Shown piece by piece: positions 53,413-62,420 of a stretch of 64,000 nt of DNA (within the stretch, counting starts at the first letter, position 1; each line of letters starts with the position of its first letter). The notes below the pieces were generated by a model that ran no database searches, had not been told where the DNA came from, and saw only the letters and a list, made by a program, of their open reading frames with translations. The stretch lies in NCBI GenBank assembly GCA_013287775.1, contig JABDDE010000002.1, positions 11,988 to 75,987 of the forward strand, in the 5' to 3' direction. Origin of the DNA: Chlamydiota bacterium (GTDB taxonomy: Bacteria; Chlamydiota; Chlamydiia; Chlamydiales; FEN-1388). The position numbers were made by a program, and so were the translations under genes.

Positions 53413-54463
53413 GTGAATTTTGTACCTGACGAAGTGCTTTCAACTGTGAAAGCGAGCAGGATAATAGTTCTGCTGCTTTTGATTCTCCAATATATTCTTC
53501 CCCTAAGGCATGAAATAACATTTGGTTGAAGGTATGTGCTTTTTCAGGAGGTGTTGCTAAGCCTGGTTCTTTGAGATGCCATCCTCGTGCACGGAAACGA
53601 ATGATAAGATTTTTGAAGTAAGATTCTTTAATGATCATTAGGTCTTTAAGGCGATAGCAAATGGCGCTCATGCTTAACTGGAATTGTTCTTTGAGGAGAA
53701 GAAGTTCCTGCCATTCAATAGTGCGACGCTCTTTTCCGATTATCTGGAATACAGTTTCTCGGGGGAGTAGGAAAGCACCTGCAAATCTATTACAGGCTTG
53801 TTCTTCATCGAGTTTAGGTGATAGACGATTGATAAAAATATAATGAGCAAGCTCATGTGCTACATTAAAGCGTTGTCGATCGCCCGGCCACTTTGTGCTA
53901 ATTACTATAATGGGTTGATCGTCGATAGTGGTAGACAGCCCATCAAAATGTTCCTCATCAGTATCGATAACAAAAACTCTTATTCCATGGCTTTCACACA
54001 CATCAGTAAGGTCATGAATAGCATCAAATCCCAGCTTCCAAGAGGCTCGCAGATTTTCTGCAATGACTTCTATTTCTTCAAAATTATTGATTTCCTGAGG
54101 AAAGTTTGTTGGAAGAACAAATGGCGATACAGGAGGAGTGGGGTAAAGATTTTCTAACTCCAGACGGCGTTCTATTTGATTAATAACTGTAAATTTAATT
54201 GCACTTTCTGCTTTCCCTTGCAGTTTTTTCCGTTTGCGAAATTTGACATTTTCTAGGGAAACTTTGGCAGGACGAAAGAAAAAATCAATACATACTTGTA
54301 ATGCTTTTGCCAATTTGATAAGAATGTCTGACGAAGGATAGGTATCTCCATCTTCATATTTTTTAATTGCGGTGTGACTAAGCTTAACAACGGTTGCAAG
54401 ATCTCGAAGACTCATCCCTGCAGCTTTCCTGGCCTGTTGCAGACGTGTGCCTATAATGCTCAT
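53387..54463 (-). CDS. XRE HTH fused to ImmA/IrrE (COG2856) zinc metallopeptidase
   Basis: ATG at 54463 (MSIIGTRLQQARKAAGMSLRDLA...), an HELAHYIF HExxH motif, and DRQRFNVA upstream of it. Confidence 0.7.
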   Translation of the reverse strand: MSIIGTRLQQARKAAGMSLRDLATVVKLSHTAIKKYEDGDTYPSSDILIKLAKALQVCIDFFFRPAKVSLENVKFRKRKKLQGKAESAIKFTVINQIERRLELENLYPTPPVSPFVLPTNFPQEINNFEEIEVIAENLRASWKLGFDAIHDLTDVCESHGIRVFVIDTDEEHFDGLSTTIDDQPIIVISTKWPGDRQRFNVAHELAHYIFINRLSPKLDEEQACNRFAGAFLLPRETVFQIIGKERRTIEWQELLLLKEQFQLSMSAICYRLKDLMIIKESYFKNLIIRFRARGWHLKEPGLATPPEKAHTFNQMLFHALGEEYIGESKAAELLSCSLSQLKALRQVQNSHDFTYQRC

Positions 54464-54550
54464 AATGCCTCTATTTATTATTGGTTTACAGCATATAAAA
54501 AAATGGTATTTTTGTAAACTAGCAGAAAAATGAATAGTGTGAGCCATTTT

Positions 54551-54590
54551 TGTCATGTGCAATTTTTCGTAGAAAAATTCGCACATGACA
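54551..54590. repeat. PAL-1 palindrome (subtype A variant)
   Basis: tgtcatgtgcaatttttc-gta-gaaaaattcgcacatgaca, 6 nt after the stop at 54597. Confidence 0.85.
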
Positions 54591-54596
54591 TAACAC

Positions 54597-57287
54597 TCAT
54601 ATAAGTCCTATCTTTTCTTTTTCTATGGTTGCTGCAGGCTCATGCTGCAGGACAAATTTTCCATACTGCTGTATAAGCTTGGCTACAAGGGCTGTCCAGC
54701 CGGTTTGATGGCTTGCTCCGAGGCCGCAGCCACTGTCTCCATGAAAGTACTCATGAAATGGGATGTAGCCATTAAAATGGGGGTCAGTTTGAAATTTTTC
54801 GACGCTGCCATACACAGGCCTTCTTCCATGCTCATCTTTAAGAAAAATATTTACAATTCGTTTGGAAAGCTCTGAGGCTACTTCCCAGAGGTTTAAGTAG
54901 CTGCCTGAACCTGTAGGACATTCTACTTTGAGATCGTCGCCAAAATAGTAATGAAATTTTTGAAGCGATTCTATAAGGAGAAAATTCAGTGGCAGCCAAA
55001 TAGGGCCTCGCCAGTTGGAGTTGCCTCCAAAAAGGCCTGTAGTGGATTCTGCGGGCTCATAGTCGAGTCTAAAAACTTGGTTGCTAATATGGACGACAAA
55101 GGGCTCTGTAGCGTGCCTTTTTGAAACAGAACGAATACCAAAGGGGCTTAAAAACTCCTGAGAGTTGAGTACTTTTTTCAGCACTCTCATGAGTTTTGTA
55201 CTATTAGCAAAGGCAAGCAGGACGCGTCCTTCGACACCCAATTTTTCAAGATTTGCAATGTTTTGAAGCATATGGGGCCTGTTTTCAATAAACCAGTGAA
55301 AGCGCTTTCTGTATTCTGGAAAGCGATGAGCAATCTTAGCTTCATTGGTGGCTACAGCAAATAAGGGAATAACGGAGGTCATGGTGTCTTGGCGCATCCG
55401 GATAGAGCGACCATCAGGGAGCATTAAAAGGCCATAGTAAAACCCATTTTCTCGGTCCCATAAGCCCTCAGATTGGCCTGTGACGTTATTAATAGCATCG
55501 GCAATATAGACAAAGTGCTCGAAAAACTTGGTTGCCATGTCCTCATACACAGGATTTTCAATTGCCAGCTCCAAGGCAATCTGAAGACAGTTCAGGCAGT
55601 ACATGCCCATCCAGCCCGTTGCATCGGTCTGTTCGAGGATACCACCTGTGGGGGGCTGAAGAGAGCGATCGAAAGCACCAATATTATCGAGGCCCATAAA
55701 GCCGCCTTCAAAGATATTGCGCCCTTGGCTGTCTTTTCTGTTGACCCACCAAGTGAAGTTCAGGAGGAGTTTATGGAACATTTTTTCTAAAAAGATGCGA
55801 TCAGCTGTGCCATACATAGCGTGCTCAATTTGGTAGACGCGCATGGCTGCCCAGGCATGTACAGGAGGGTTGGCATCACTGAATTGCCACTCGTAGGCAG
55901 GAATTTGCCCGCAGGGAGCCATGTACCACTCGCGTGTCAGGAGTAGAAGTTGGTTTTTGGCAAAGGCCGGATCGATCATAGCGAGCGTCACTGTATGGAA
56001 GGCAAGATCCCATGCGGCAAACCATGGGTATTCCCATTTGTCAGGCATAGAAAAGATCTCGAAGGCATCAAGATAGGGCCATTCATGATTTCTTGTAACT
56101 TCACGCTCTTCAGGAGGCTTTGGCTGCAGAGGATCACCTCGCAGCCATGTGCGTACGTTGTAATGATAGCATTGCTTATTCCATAATAGCCCTGCAAAGG
56201 CTTGTCGCTGGATAGAGCGCATATCTTCAGGCAGTGGATAGGGCGTAACCGCTTGGTAGAAGGCGTTAGCTTCACTTTGCCTTTTTACAAAAAGCGCATC
56301 AAAAGCTTTGTCAAATGGATGTGTCAGGGCATTTTTCGAGGTGAGCCGAAGCTTTACTATTTTTTCTTCTCCTGCTTGCAGCTCCAGCTGATAGGCAAGG
56401 CATGCCTTTGTTCCTTTTTGCTCCGGATGTACTGCCGTCTTACACCCATGTACAAAATAGTCATGAAAGCTGTCCTTAACATAAGGCGCAGCATTGGGAA
56501 CTTGAAAGAGGCGCGCTATGTTCGTTTCATTCTCGGTAAATAATGCAGGAGGTTGTCCCTCATAGTAGAGCCAGTATTGCCCCAGAGTGTCTTCGGTTGC
56601 GTGGAGAGCGCCTTGAGTGAGGTCGAGGTGTGGTTTTAGCCCTCCTTCCCAGCTCCAGGTATTTCGAAACCATAGATGTGGCAAAAGATAGATGGAAGAT
56701 GCTTCAGGGCCACGATTGGCAATGCGATACCGAATCAGAATATCCTCAGAATCACTTTTGGCATATTCAATAAACACATCAAAGTATCGATTATCATCAA
56801 AAATCTTCGTATCTATAAGTTCATACTCAGGCTCGTATCGATTTCTTTGTCGGTTGGTGGTCAGAAGATCATTATAGGGAAAGGGGCTTTGAGGATACTT
56901 ATAAAGGTATTTCATGTAGGAATGTGTTGGGGTATTATCGAGATAATAATAATACTCCTTTACATCTTCACCATGATTGCCTTCATTGTTGGTGAGGCCA
57001 AATAAGCGCTCCTTCAAAATGGGGTCTTTGCCATTCCAAAGAGCTGTTGCAAAACAAAGGCGCTGCTTTGTATCAGAGATGCCGGCGATGCCATCTTCGC
57101 CCCAGCGGTAGGCGCGCGAGCGTGCATGGTCATGAGGAAAATAATTCCATGCATCTCCATTTGCGCTATAGTCCTCACGCACAACGCCCCATTGCCGCTC
57201 GCTGAGATACGGCCCCCATATTCGCCAGGGGGCATCTATTGCTGTGCTCGCAGCAAGGCGCTTGCCTTCTTCGGTGTCAGATATCAT
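54597..57287 (-). CDS. GH63-like (alpha/alpha)6-barrel glucosidase (MGH1-like)
   Basis: 896 aa. The pattern of W/Y-rich conserved blocks (WAAWDLAFH, GGFMGLDNIG, HQTGWTA) is as in bacterial GH63-like glucosidases. Confidence 0.6.
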   Translation of the reverse strand: MISDTEEGKRLAASTAIDAPWRIWGPYLSERQWGVVREDYSANGDAWNYFPHDHARSRAYRWGEDGIAGISDTKQRLCFATALWNGKDPILKERLFGLTNNEGNHGEDVKEYYYYLDNTPTHSYMKYLYKYPQSPFPYNDLLTTNRQRNRYEPEYELIDTKIFDDNRYFDVFIEYAKSDSEDILIRYRIANRGPEASSIYLLPHLWFRNTWSWEGGLKPHLDLTQGALHATEDTLGQYWLYYEGQPPALFTENETNIARLFQVPNAAPYVKDSFHDYFVHGCKTAVHPEQKGTKACLAYQLELQAGEEKIVKLRLTSKNALTHPFDKAFDALFVKRQSEANAFYQAVTPYPLPEDMRSIQRQAFAGLLWNKQCYHYNVRTWLRGDPLQPKPPEEREVTRNHEWPYLDAFEIFSMPDKWEYPWFAAWDLAFHTVTLAMIDPAFAKNQLLLLTREWYMAPCGQIPAYEWQFSDANPPVHAWAAMRVYQIEHAMYGTADRIFLEKMFHKLLLNFTWWVNRKDSQGRNIFEGGFMGLDNIGAFDRSLQPPTGGILEQTDATGWMGMYCLNCLQIALELAIENPVYEDMATKFFEHFVYIADAINNVTGQSEGLWDRENGFYYGLLMLPDGRSIRMRQDTMTSVIPLFAVATNEAKIAHRFPEYRKRFHWFIENRPHMLQNIANLEKLGVEGRVLLAFANSTKLMRVLKKVLNSQEFLSPFGIRSVSKRHATEPFVVHISNQVFRLDYEPAESTTGLFGGNSNWRGPIWLPLNFLLIESLQKFHYYFGDDLKVECPTGSGSYLNLWEVASELSKRIVNIFLKDEHGRRPVYGSVEKFQTDPHFNGYIPFHEYFHGDSGCGLGASHQTGWTALVAKLIQQYGKFVLQHEPAATIEKEKIGLI

Positions 57288-58054
57288 TATAATCCAGAGC
57301 TCTGATGCATAAGACCGCCATCGACAAAGAGTGTGGTTGCGGTCATGTAACTTGCTGCGTCCGATGCCAAGAAGGCCACCACATTGGCAATCTCCTCAGG
57401 CTTTGCCATCCTGCCGAGGGGGATTGCAGTGTCGAGCTTTTGTAACAAGCTTGGGTCCTGCATGGTAGAACGGTTAATAGGTGTTGCAACAGCCCCTGGG
57501 CCTACGCCGTTTACAAGGATATTATGTTTTGCAAGCTCGACGCCTGCAGTTCTCGTGAGCATGCGCATACCGCCTTTTGAGAGGCAGTAGGCCGTGTTAT
57601 TTGGCATAGGCCAGTCTTCATGGACGGATGTGATGTTAATAATACGCCCGCCGCTGCCCTGTTTGATCATTTGGTTGGCGGCAATTTGTGTGCCAAAAAA
57701 GGCGCTTTTGAGGTTGATGGCAAGCACTCTATCATACTGGGCCTCTGTGGTATCCAGAACGGAGGTACGACTCTCTACCCCTGCATTATTGACCATAATG
57801 TCTATGTGACCAAATTGTTTCACAGCAGCGTCAACAAGCTTTTGGAGATCTTCTACCCGGCTGACATCTGCATCTATGCCAATGGCTTGATCGCCGAGGG
57901 CAATCACTTGTTGTTCAAGAGCCTGTGTAGAGGCAGGATTCACCACATAGTCGATGACAATGCTCATGCCTTGTTTTGCGAGGGCAAGTACAATACTTGC
58001 CCCGATTCCTGAATTGCCACCTGTGACGATGGCTACTTTTTGTTTTGTATTCAT
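57287..58054 (-). CDS. SDR family oxidoreductase (glucose 1-dehydrogenase-like)
   Basis: TGGNSGIG, NNAG and YCLSK motifs. Its stop codon (57287-57289) shares 1 nt with the GH63-like start codon (57285-57287). Confidence 0.8.
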   Translation of the reverse strand: MNTKQKVAIVTGGNSGIGASIVLALAKQGMSIVIDYVVNPASTQALEQQVIALGDQAIGIDADVSRVEDLQKLVDAAVKQFGHIDIMVNNAGVESRTSVLDTTEAQYDRVLAINLKSAFFGTQIAANQMIKQGSGGRIINITSVHEDWPMPNNTAYCLSKGGMRMLTRTAGVELAKHNILVNGVGPGAVATPINRSTMQDPSLLQKLDTAIPLGRMAKPEEIANVVAFLASDAASYMTATTLFVDGGLMHQSSGL

Positions 58055-58065
58055 GGTATAATTAA

Positions 58066-58097
58066 GTGGTCAATCCCCCTATCGGGGGACCGACCAC
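58066..58097 (-). terminator. GC-rich hairpin downstream of the collagen-like gene
   Basis: gtggtc-aa-tccccc-tatc-ggggga-cc-gaccac, followed on the minus strand by UUAAUUAUA. Confidence 0.35.
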
Positions 58098-58115
58098 TAA
58101 AAAAGTTTAAAGTTA

Positions 58116-58838
58116 TTAACTCGGTGTATAGTTGAATGATGCAGAAAATGCTGCAGGCTGGATATCAAACGTATTAAACCCGCTGGGGCTTATCACAACC
58201 GTGAGCATAGTTCCTGCGGTTACCAAAGCAGTATTGATAGTATTTTGAAATGTAGCAGTCAGTGGAGAGCCTGGACTGATCGACAAGGTGCCTGTACTTA
58301 GGGTAAGTGTAGTAGCCGTCCAACTCCCTAGAGGTACAGGTGTTCCAATTGGCGAACTCGATCCATATACAGTAAAAATAAAGGAGGGGCTAGCAGTTGC
58401 TGTAGATGAGATGTCGAGGCGTGCTGTGAGATTGGATATCGTGCCATCTGTTGGTACTAAGAAAGTACTGGTATAGATTGGCGGGACTGGAATAGTGGTG
58501 GTTGGATCAAACTGATCAGGAAGGTTCTGGCTATCGGATGGGTAAAAAGAAAAATCATAGTTCGGAACCACCGCAAGCGCCGTACTAAAAGGCACAGTTT
58601 GCCCTCTGGGATCTGCAGTCCCGGTGGCACCAGTGGCACCAGTCGCTCCTGTTCCGCCAACTCTACCACGAGGGCCTCTATGACCGCGGTGGCCTCGCCG
58701 CCCTCGCCTATGATGATGCTGGCTTTTTGCAATAAGCTCTTGAGGCATAACAGGGGTAAAAACGGGCTCTGCAAACATGTCAGAGCATGCAAAACTGAGC
58801 CATGCCGAGAATATAAAATAAAAAACTTGTTTTATCAT
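58116..58838 (-). CDS. secreted collagen-like protein with distinct ~160-aa C-terminal head
   Basis: Signal peptide, leader MPQELIAKSQHHH, and Gly-X-Y run RRGRRGHRGHRGPRGRVGGTGATGATGATG (nt 58602-58703). Confidence 0.75.
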   Translation of the reverse strand: MIKQVFYFIFSAWLSFACSDMFAEPVFTPVMPQELIAKSQHHHRRGRRGHRGHRGPRGRVGGTGATGATGATGTADPRGQTVPFSTALAVVPNYDFSFYPSDSQNLPDQFDPTTTIPVPPIYTSTFLVPTDGTISNLTARLDISSTATASPSFIFTVYGSSSPIGTPVPLGSWTATTLTLSTGTLSISPGSPLTATFQNTINTALVTAGTMLTVVISPSGFNTFDIQPAAFSASFNYTPS

Positions 58839-58911
58839 AATGCCTTATTTGGGTAATGGGTAAAAACCGCATCTTAAGCAAGGAGAGTATTATTCTGGAA
58901 GGGAAATTTAT

Positions 58912-58950
58912 GCCATGTGCGACTTTTCCTTCCAGAAAAGTGCACATGGC
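58912..58950. repeat. PAL-1 palindrome (subtype C)
   Basis: gccatgtgcgacttttc-cttcca-gaaaagtgcacatggc. Confidence 0.85.
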
Positions 58951-58991
58951 ATAAAATCATAAACCAGCGAAAACGCATGCTTTTTCATCGA

Positions 58992-59077
58992 TTTTCGCCA
59001 GATTAAATCATCAACTTGGCGAAAACTGGTATAAAAAGTTGACTTTTCGCCAAGTTAAGGTGTATAATTGGCGAAAA
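58992..59077 (+). promoter_or_regulatory. sigma70-like promoter with two 10-N14-10 inverted-repeat operators
   Basis: -35 TTGACT at 59039-59044 and -10 TATAAT at 59063-59068 (18-nt spacer). TTTTCGCCAg-N14-TTGGCGAAAA at 58992-59025 and TTTTCGCCAA-N14-TTGGCGAAAA at 59044-59077. Confidence 0.55.
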
Positions 59078-59090
59078 ATGGGGGGGAATC

Positions 59091-60545
59091 ATGGAAAACG
59101 CTATCGTAGGGAGAGACGCCGAGCTTGAAATACTCAAGCAGATATATGCCTCGAAAGAGCCACATTTCTTGACTGTATATGGCCGTAGAAGGATTGGAAA
59201 GACATTTTTGATAAGCGAATTTTTTAAAGATAAGGGGATTTATTTTGCAATAACGGGGATGAAAAATGGCACTCTGCGCGAGCAGCTCTTTCAATATGCG
59301 TATGAATTTGCGCGTCAATTTAATGATGGTCAGCCAATATCGCCTCCAAAAAGCTGGGACGAGGCACTACACGAACTTCGAAAAGCTATAGAAAAGGCAG
59401 ATAAGAACCAAAAATGCATCTTATTTTTTGATGAAGTCCCCTGGCTGGCATCGCCTCGTTCGCGATTTCTTAGTGCCCTGGAGTATTTCTGGAACCATTA
59501 TGCATCGAAAAATGCTAACATAATCATGATTATTTGTGGCTCTTCGGCATCATGGATTCTTCGAAATATCATACACAACACACGTGGTCTCTATGGAAGG
59601 GTAACGAGAACCATACGGCTTTTGCCATTCACTCTTGGAGAGACAGAGCAGTATTTACAATCGCGGCATATTGCACTGGACAAAAAGCAGATTATTGATA
59701 TCTACATGGCCCTTGGTGGTGTTCCAAAATACCTCTCATACATACAACGAGGCAAGTCAGCCGCACAAAACATTAATGATATATGTTTTTCTTACCATGG
59801 CGCTTTATATAACGAATTTGATAATCTCTACAAATCCCTCTTTGATCACCATGAGCATCATATAGCTATGGTTAAGGCGCTTAGCGCCACAAGAGATGGT
59901 CTTACGAAAGATGAGCTTTTACAAAAAACAAAACTGACTTCAGGTGGCTCTTCAAGCAGGATTATTGAGGATTTGGTGGATGCGGGATTTATAGTCTGTG
60001 TGCCATCTTTTCATAAAAAAAAGGTAGGCGGGGTATATCGTCTTATCGATGAGTATACGCTGTTCTATTTATCATGGCTTGTGGATGCTTCAAAAGTGGC
60101 TTTTGGAAGAGGCGATACCACAGTGTGGATAAAAAAATGTGGCACACCTGCGTGGAGAGCGTGGAGTGGGCTTGCTTTTGAGTCACTCTGTTTGAAGCAT
60201 CTTGAAAAGATACGACAAGCGCTCGGTATTGCTGGCGTTACTACGATGGCCTCTGGATGGCGCTATAGGCCGAAAAGGGGACAAGGTGCGGGAGCACAAA
60301 TTGATTTAGTCATAGATAGGGCAGATAAGTGCATCAACCTCTGTGAAATGAAATATAGCGATACGGAATTTACGGTTGATAAGTCCTATGGGGAAAAGCT
60401 GCGTTACAAAAAAGAGATTTTTCGGCAGCAAACAAAGACAATGAAAGCATTATTTTTGACTATGATTACGACGTATGGTGCTGTCAAGAATATGCATTAT
60501 CTCTCTGAAGTTGATGCTGAGGTGACTATGGAGAGTTTATTTTAG
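59091..60545 (+). CDS. AAA+ ATPase of the archaeal-ATPase/DUF234 type
   Basis: IVGRDAELEIL N-terminus, Walker A GRRRIGKT, Walker B ILFFDEVPW, and GGGGGGA RBS. Confidence 0.7.
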   Translation: MENAIVGRDAELEILKQIYASKEPHFLTVYGRRRIGKTFLISEFFKDKGIYFAITGMKNGTLREQLFQYAYEFARQFNDGQPISPPKSWDEALHELRKAIEKADKNQKCILFFDEVPWLASPRSRFLSALEYFWNHYASKNANIIMIICGSSASWILRNIIHNTRGLYGRVTRTIRLLPFTLGETEQYLQSRHIALDKKQIIDIYMALGGVPKYLSYIQRGKSAAQNINDICFSYHGALYNEFDNLYKSLFDHHEHHIAMVKALSATRDGLTKDELLQKTKLTSGGSSSRIIEDLVDAGFIVCVPSFHKKKVGGVYRLIDEYTLFYLSWLVDASKVAFGRGDTTVWIKKCGTPAWRAWSGLAFESLCLKHLEKIRQALGIAGVTTMASGWRYRPKRGQGAGAQIDLVIDRADKCINLCEMKYSDTEFTVDKSYGEKLRYKKEIFRQQTKTMKALFLTMITTYGAVKNMHYLSEVDAEVTMESLF

Positions 60546-60586
60546 CGTCATGTGCCATTTTCCTGCCGGAAAAATGGCACATGACG
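60546..60586. repeat. PAL-1 palindrome (subtype B)
   Basis: cgtcatgtgccattttcc-tgcc-ggaaaaatggcacatgacg, starting 1 nt after the ATPase stop. Confidence 0.9.
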
Positions 60587-60600
60587 TTAAATAACATGTG

Positions 60601-61332
60601 TTATCTAATCTGCTTAATGGTAACAAAAGCCGAAGCGGTACCCCCAAAGGCAACTAAGGGATCTACTAACTCAACAATGCCTCCTACATTCACTCCAGCC
60701 GCTACTATTTCAAATATAGTCGATGCTGGTACATTAAAAGTTAATGATTTCGTTGCCCAACCCTCTGCGCCTGCTGCTTGTGAAAGCCGGCTTTCTGTTA
60801 CTTCTACGCCATTAATACGTATGGCGATAACGGGATTGGTATCGCCGTTAGTACCAGTAAATCGCGCGCCGAATGTGACTTCATAATCACCTGCATCGGT
60901 AGTGACAAAAATACCACTGGGTGGGGTAAAACTAATAGAGCCTGCCGAATCGGTTACTACATTGAATTGTATTGCATCATTAGCAGTTATTGATTGATCG
61001 CTGAATCCGGAGCCATTTGCAACGACGCTAATAAAATTGTTGATGCCGCCACTGCCAGCAGGACCAGTCGCGCCAGCAGGACCAGTCGCACCAGTTGCTC
61101 CCGTTGCGCCCATTGCCCCAGTTGCACCCATTGTGCCTATGCCTCGCTGGCCACGGTGTCCGCGATGTCCGCGGTGACCACGATGCCCGCGTCGTCCCTT
61201 ATGATCATGCTTGCCTTTTGCAATCAACTCCTTAGGCATAGTTGGTTGGGTAAGCAGAGAGTCTGCAAATCCTTCTCGACACACAAAAAGTAATAGGAAA
61301 CAAGTAATAAAATAAAAAATTTTTCTAAACAT
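60601..61332 (-). CDS. secreted collagen-like protein with BclA/C1q-like C-terminal head (tentative)
   Basis: GGAGG RBS, signal peptide, leader MPKELIAKGKHDH, and (GHR)4 then GAT/GPA triplets (nt 61054-61197). The C-terminal ~140 aa are beta-rich (GDYEVTFGARF...). Confidence 0.75.
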   Translation of the reverse strand: MFRKIFYFITCFLLLFVCREGFADSLLTQPTMPKELIAKGKHDHKGRRGHRGHRGHRGHRGQRGIGTMGATGAMGATGATGATGPAGATGPAGSGGINNFISVVANGSGFSDQSITANDAIQFNVVTDSAGSISFTPPSGIFVTTDAGDYEVTFGARFTGTNGDTNPVIAIRINGVEVTESRLSQAAGAEGWATKSLTFNVPASTIFEIVAAGVNVGGIVELVDPLVAFGGTASAFVTIKQIR

Positions 61333-61413
61333 GATACCTCCATTGTTGATTGGTTAAACCGCACAGTATTTCAGGAAGGAGGTATTTGACAAGAAAAAAG
61401 TATATATTACTAG

Positions 61414-61454
61414 CGTCATGTGCCATTTTTCTGTCGAAAAAATGGCACATGACG
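61414..61454. repeat. PAL-1 palindrome (subtype B)
   Basis: cgtcatgtgccatttttc-tgtc-gaaaaaatggcacatgacg. Flanks (tagcg...ttaaa) are also shared with the 60546 copy. Confidence 0.9.
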
Positions 61455-61686
61455 TTAAAACTCGTTCAGTTTTTGTGATTTATGACAAAAAAGTCGATGT
61501 ATTTTTGTGAAATTTTCACGTTTTCCGAACATAATGTTGTGGATAATAGGGTTTCTTGGCATCAGTTATACGGTGGGCGATTTCTTTAAACGATCCCTTA
61601 TTTCCAGTCACATTCTGAATAGAAACATCCTTGAGAGATAGCCTTCAGAGCTTCTGCGATATAATCGATGGTGTTTGGCGGCAAGC

Positions 61687-62196
61687 TTAGGTGTTGACAT
61701 TGGCACTAGAACGTGTTTTTTTGGCGGATTTCTGTATGTAAAAATCGAGCATATACTGGCCGCCCAGTACAAGTGAAAGATCTTTTACTTGTGGGATAGT
61801 TGTCCATGTATATGCACGATGCTCTGTAGAGAGGTGGATAGGTACCGTTGTATCTATATTCAAACCAAAAACATGGAAGACAAACTCGATGGTGACTTCG
61901 TGCGTCGTTTTGCGGATATACACTGTGCCAAGAGGTTGTAAGGCATTTTCTGACTCAATAGTGATACCAGTTTCTTCAAAAAGCTCTCGTCTGGCTCCTT
62001 GTATAGGCGTTTCATGAGCCTCGATTTTCCCACCAGGAATGGCACATTTTCCTGTTTCTGGCTTAGTGTCGGCATATTCTAAAAACAGCAATTTATCGGC
62101 TACTTTTACGTAGATGCCCGCTGCTTGAATAGTCGTAGAGAACCCTTCAGGCAAACTCTCGTAAATCTGGATGTCAGGGACTATGTTAGTCATCAA
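61687..62196 (-). CDS. NUDIX hydrolase
   Basis: Nudix box GGKIEAHETPIQGARRELFEETGI. Confidence 0.8.
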   Translation of the reverse strand: MMTNIVPDIQIYESLPEGFSTTIQAAGIYVKVADKLLFLEYADTKPETGKCAIPGGKIEAHETPIQGARRELFEETGITIESENALQPLGTVYIRKTTHEVTIEFVFHVFGLNIDTTVPIHLSTEHRAYTWTTIPQVKDLSLVLGGQYMLDFYIQKSAKKTRSSANVNT

Positions 62197-62232
62197 TGTG
62201 TTATTAATTTATGGTGAATAAATACCTTGAAA

Positions 62233-62306
62233 TTGCACCGAAGAGGACTCGAACCTCTAACCACCTGGTTCGAAGCCAGGTACTCTATCCGATTGAGCTA
62301 TCGGTG
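62233..62306 (-). tRNA. tRNA-Arg (anticodon UCG)
   Basis: Reverse complement is GCACCGATAGCTCAATCGGATAGAGTACCTGGCTTCGAACCAGGTGGTTAGAGGTTCGAGTCCTCTTCGGTGCA. 7-bp acceptor stem, anticodon stem CCTGG/CCAGG with loop CUUCGAA, and a TTCGAGT T-loop. CCA is not encoded. Confidence 0.9.
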
Positions 62307-62420
62307 CATAAAATAATAAACCTCAGTATATCAGGTCACAGCTTTTTTCGGAAGAAACTTCAAACATCATCAAACATTTGATGGAATGAAAATTATGAGT
62401 GTGATATAAGTATTAGGTAA

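Noticed and set aside
61456-61686. Possible gene remnant between the PAL-1 copy and the NUDIX gene (minus-strand fragment ..IDYIAEALKAISQGCFYSECDWK)
   Set aside because: Only about 25 codons are open and no family was recognised, so it cannot be supported.
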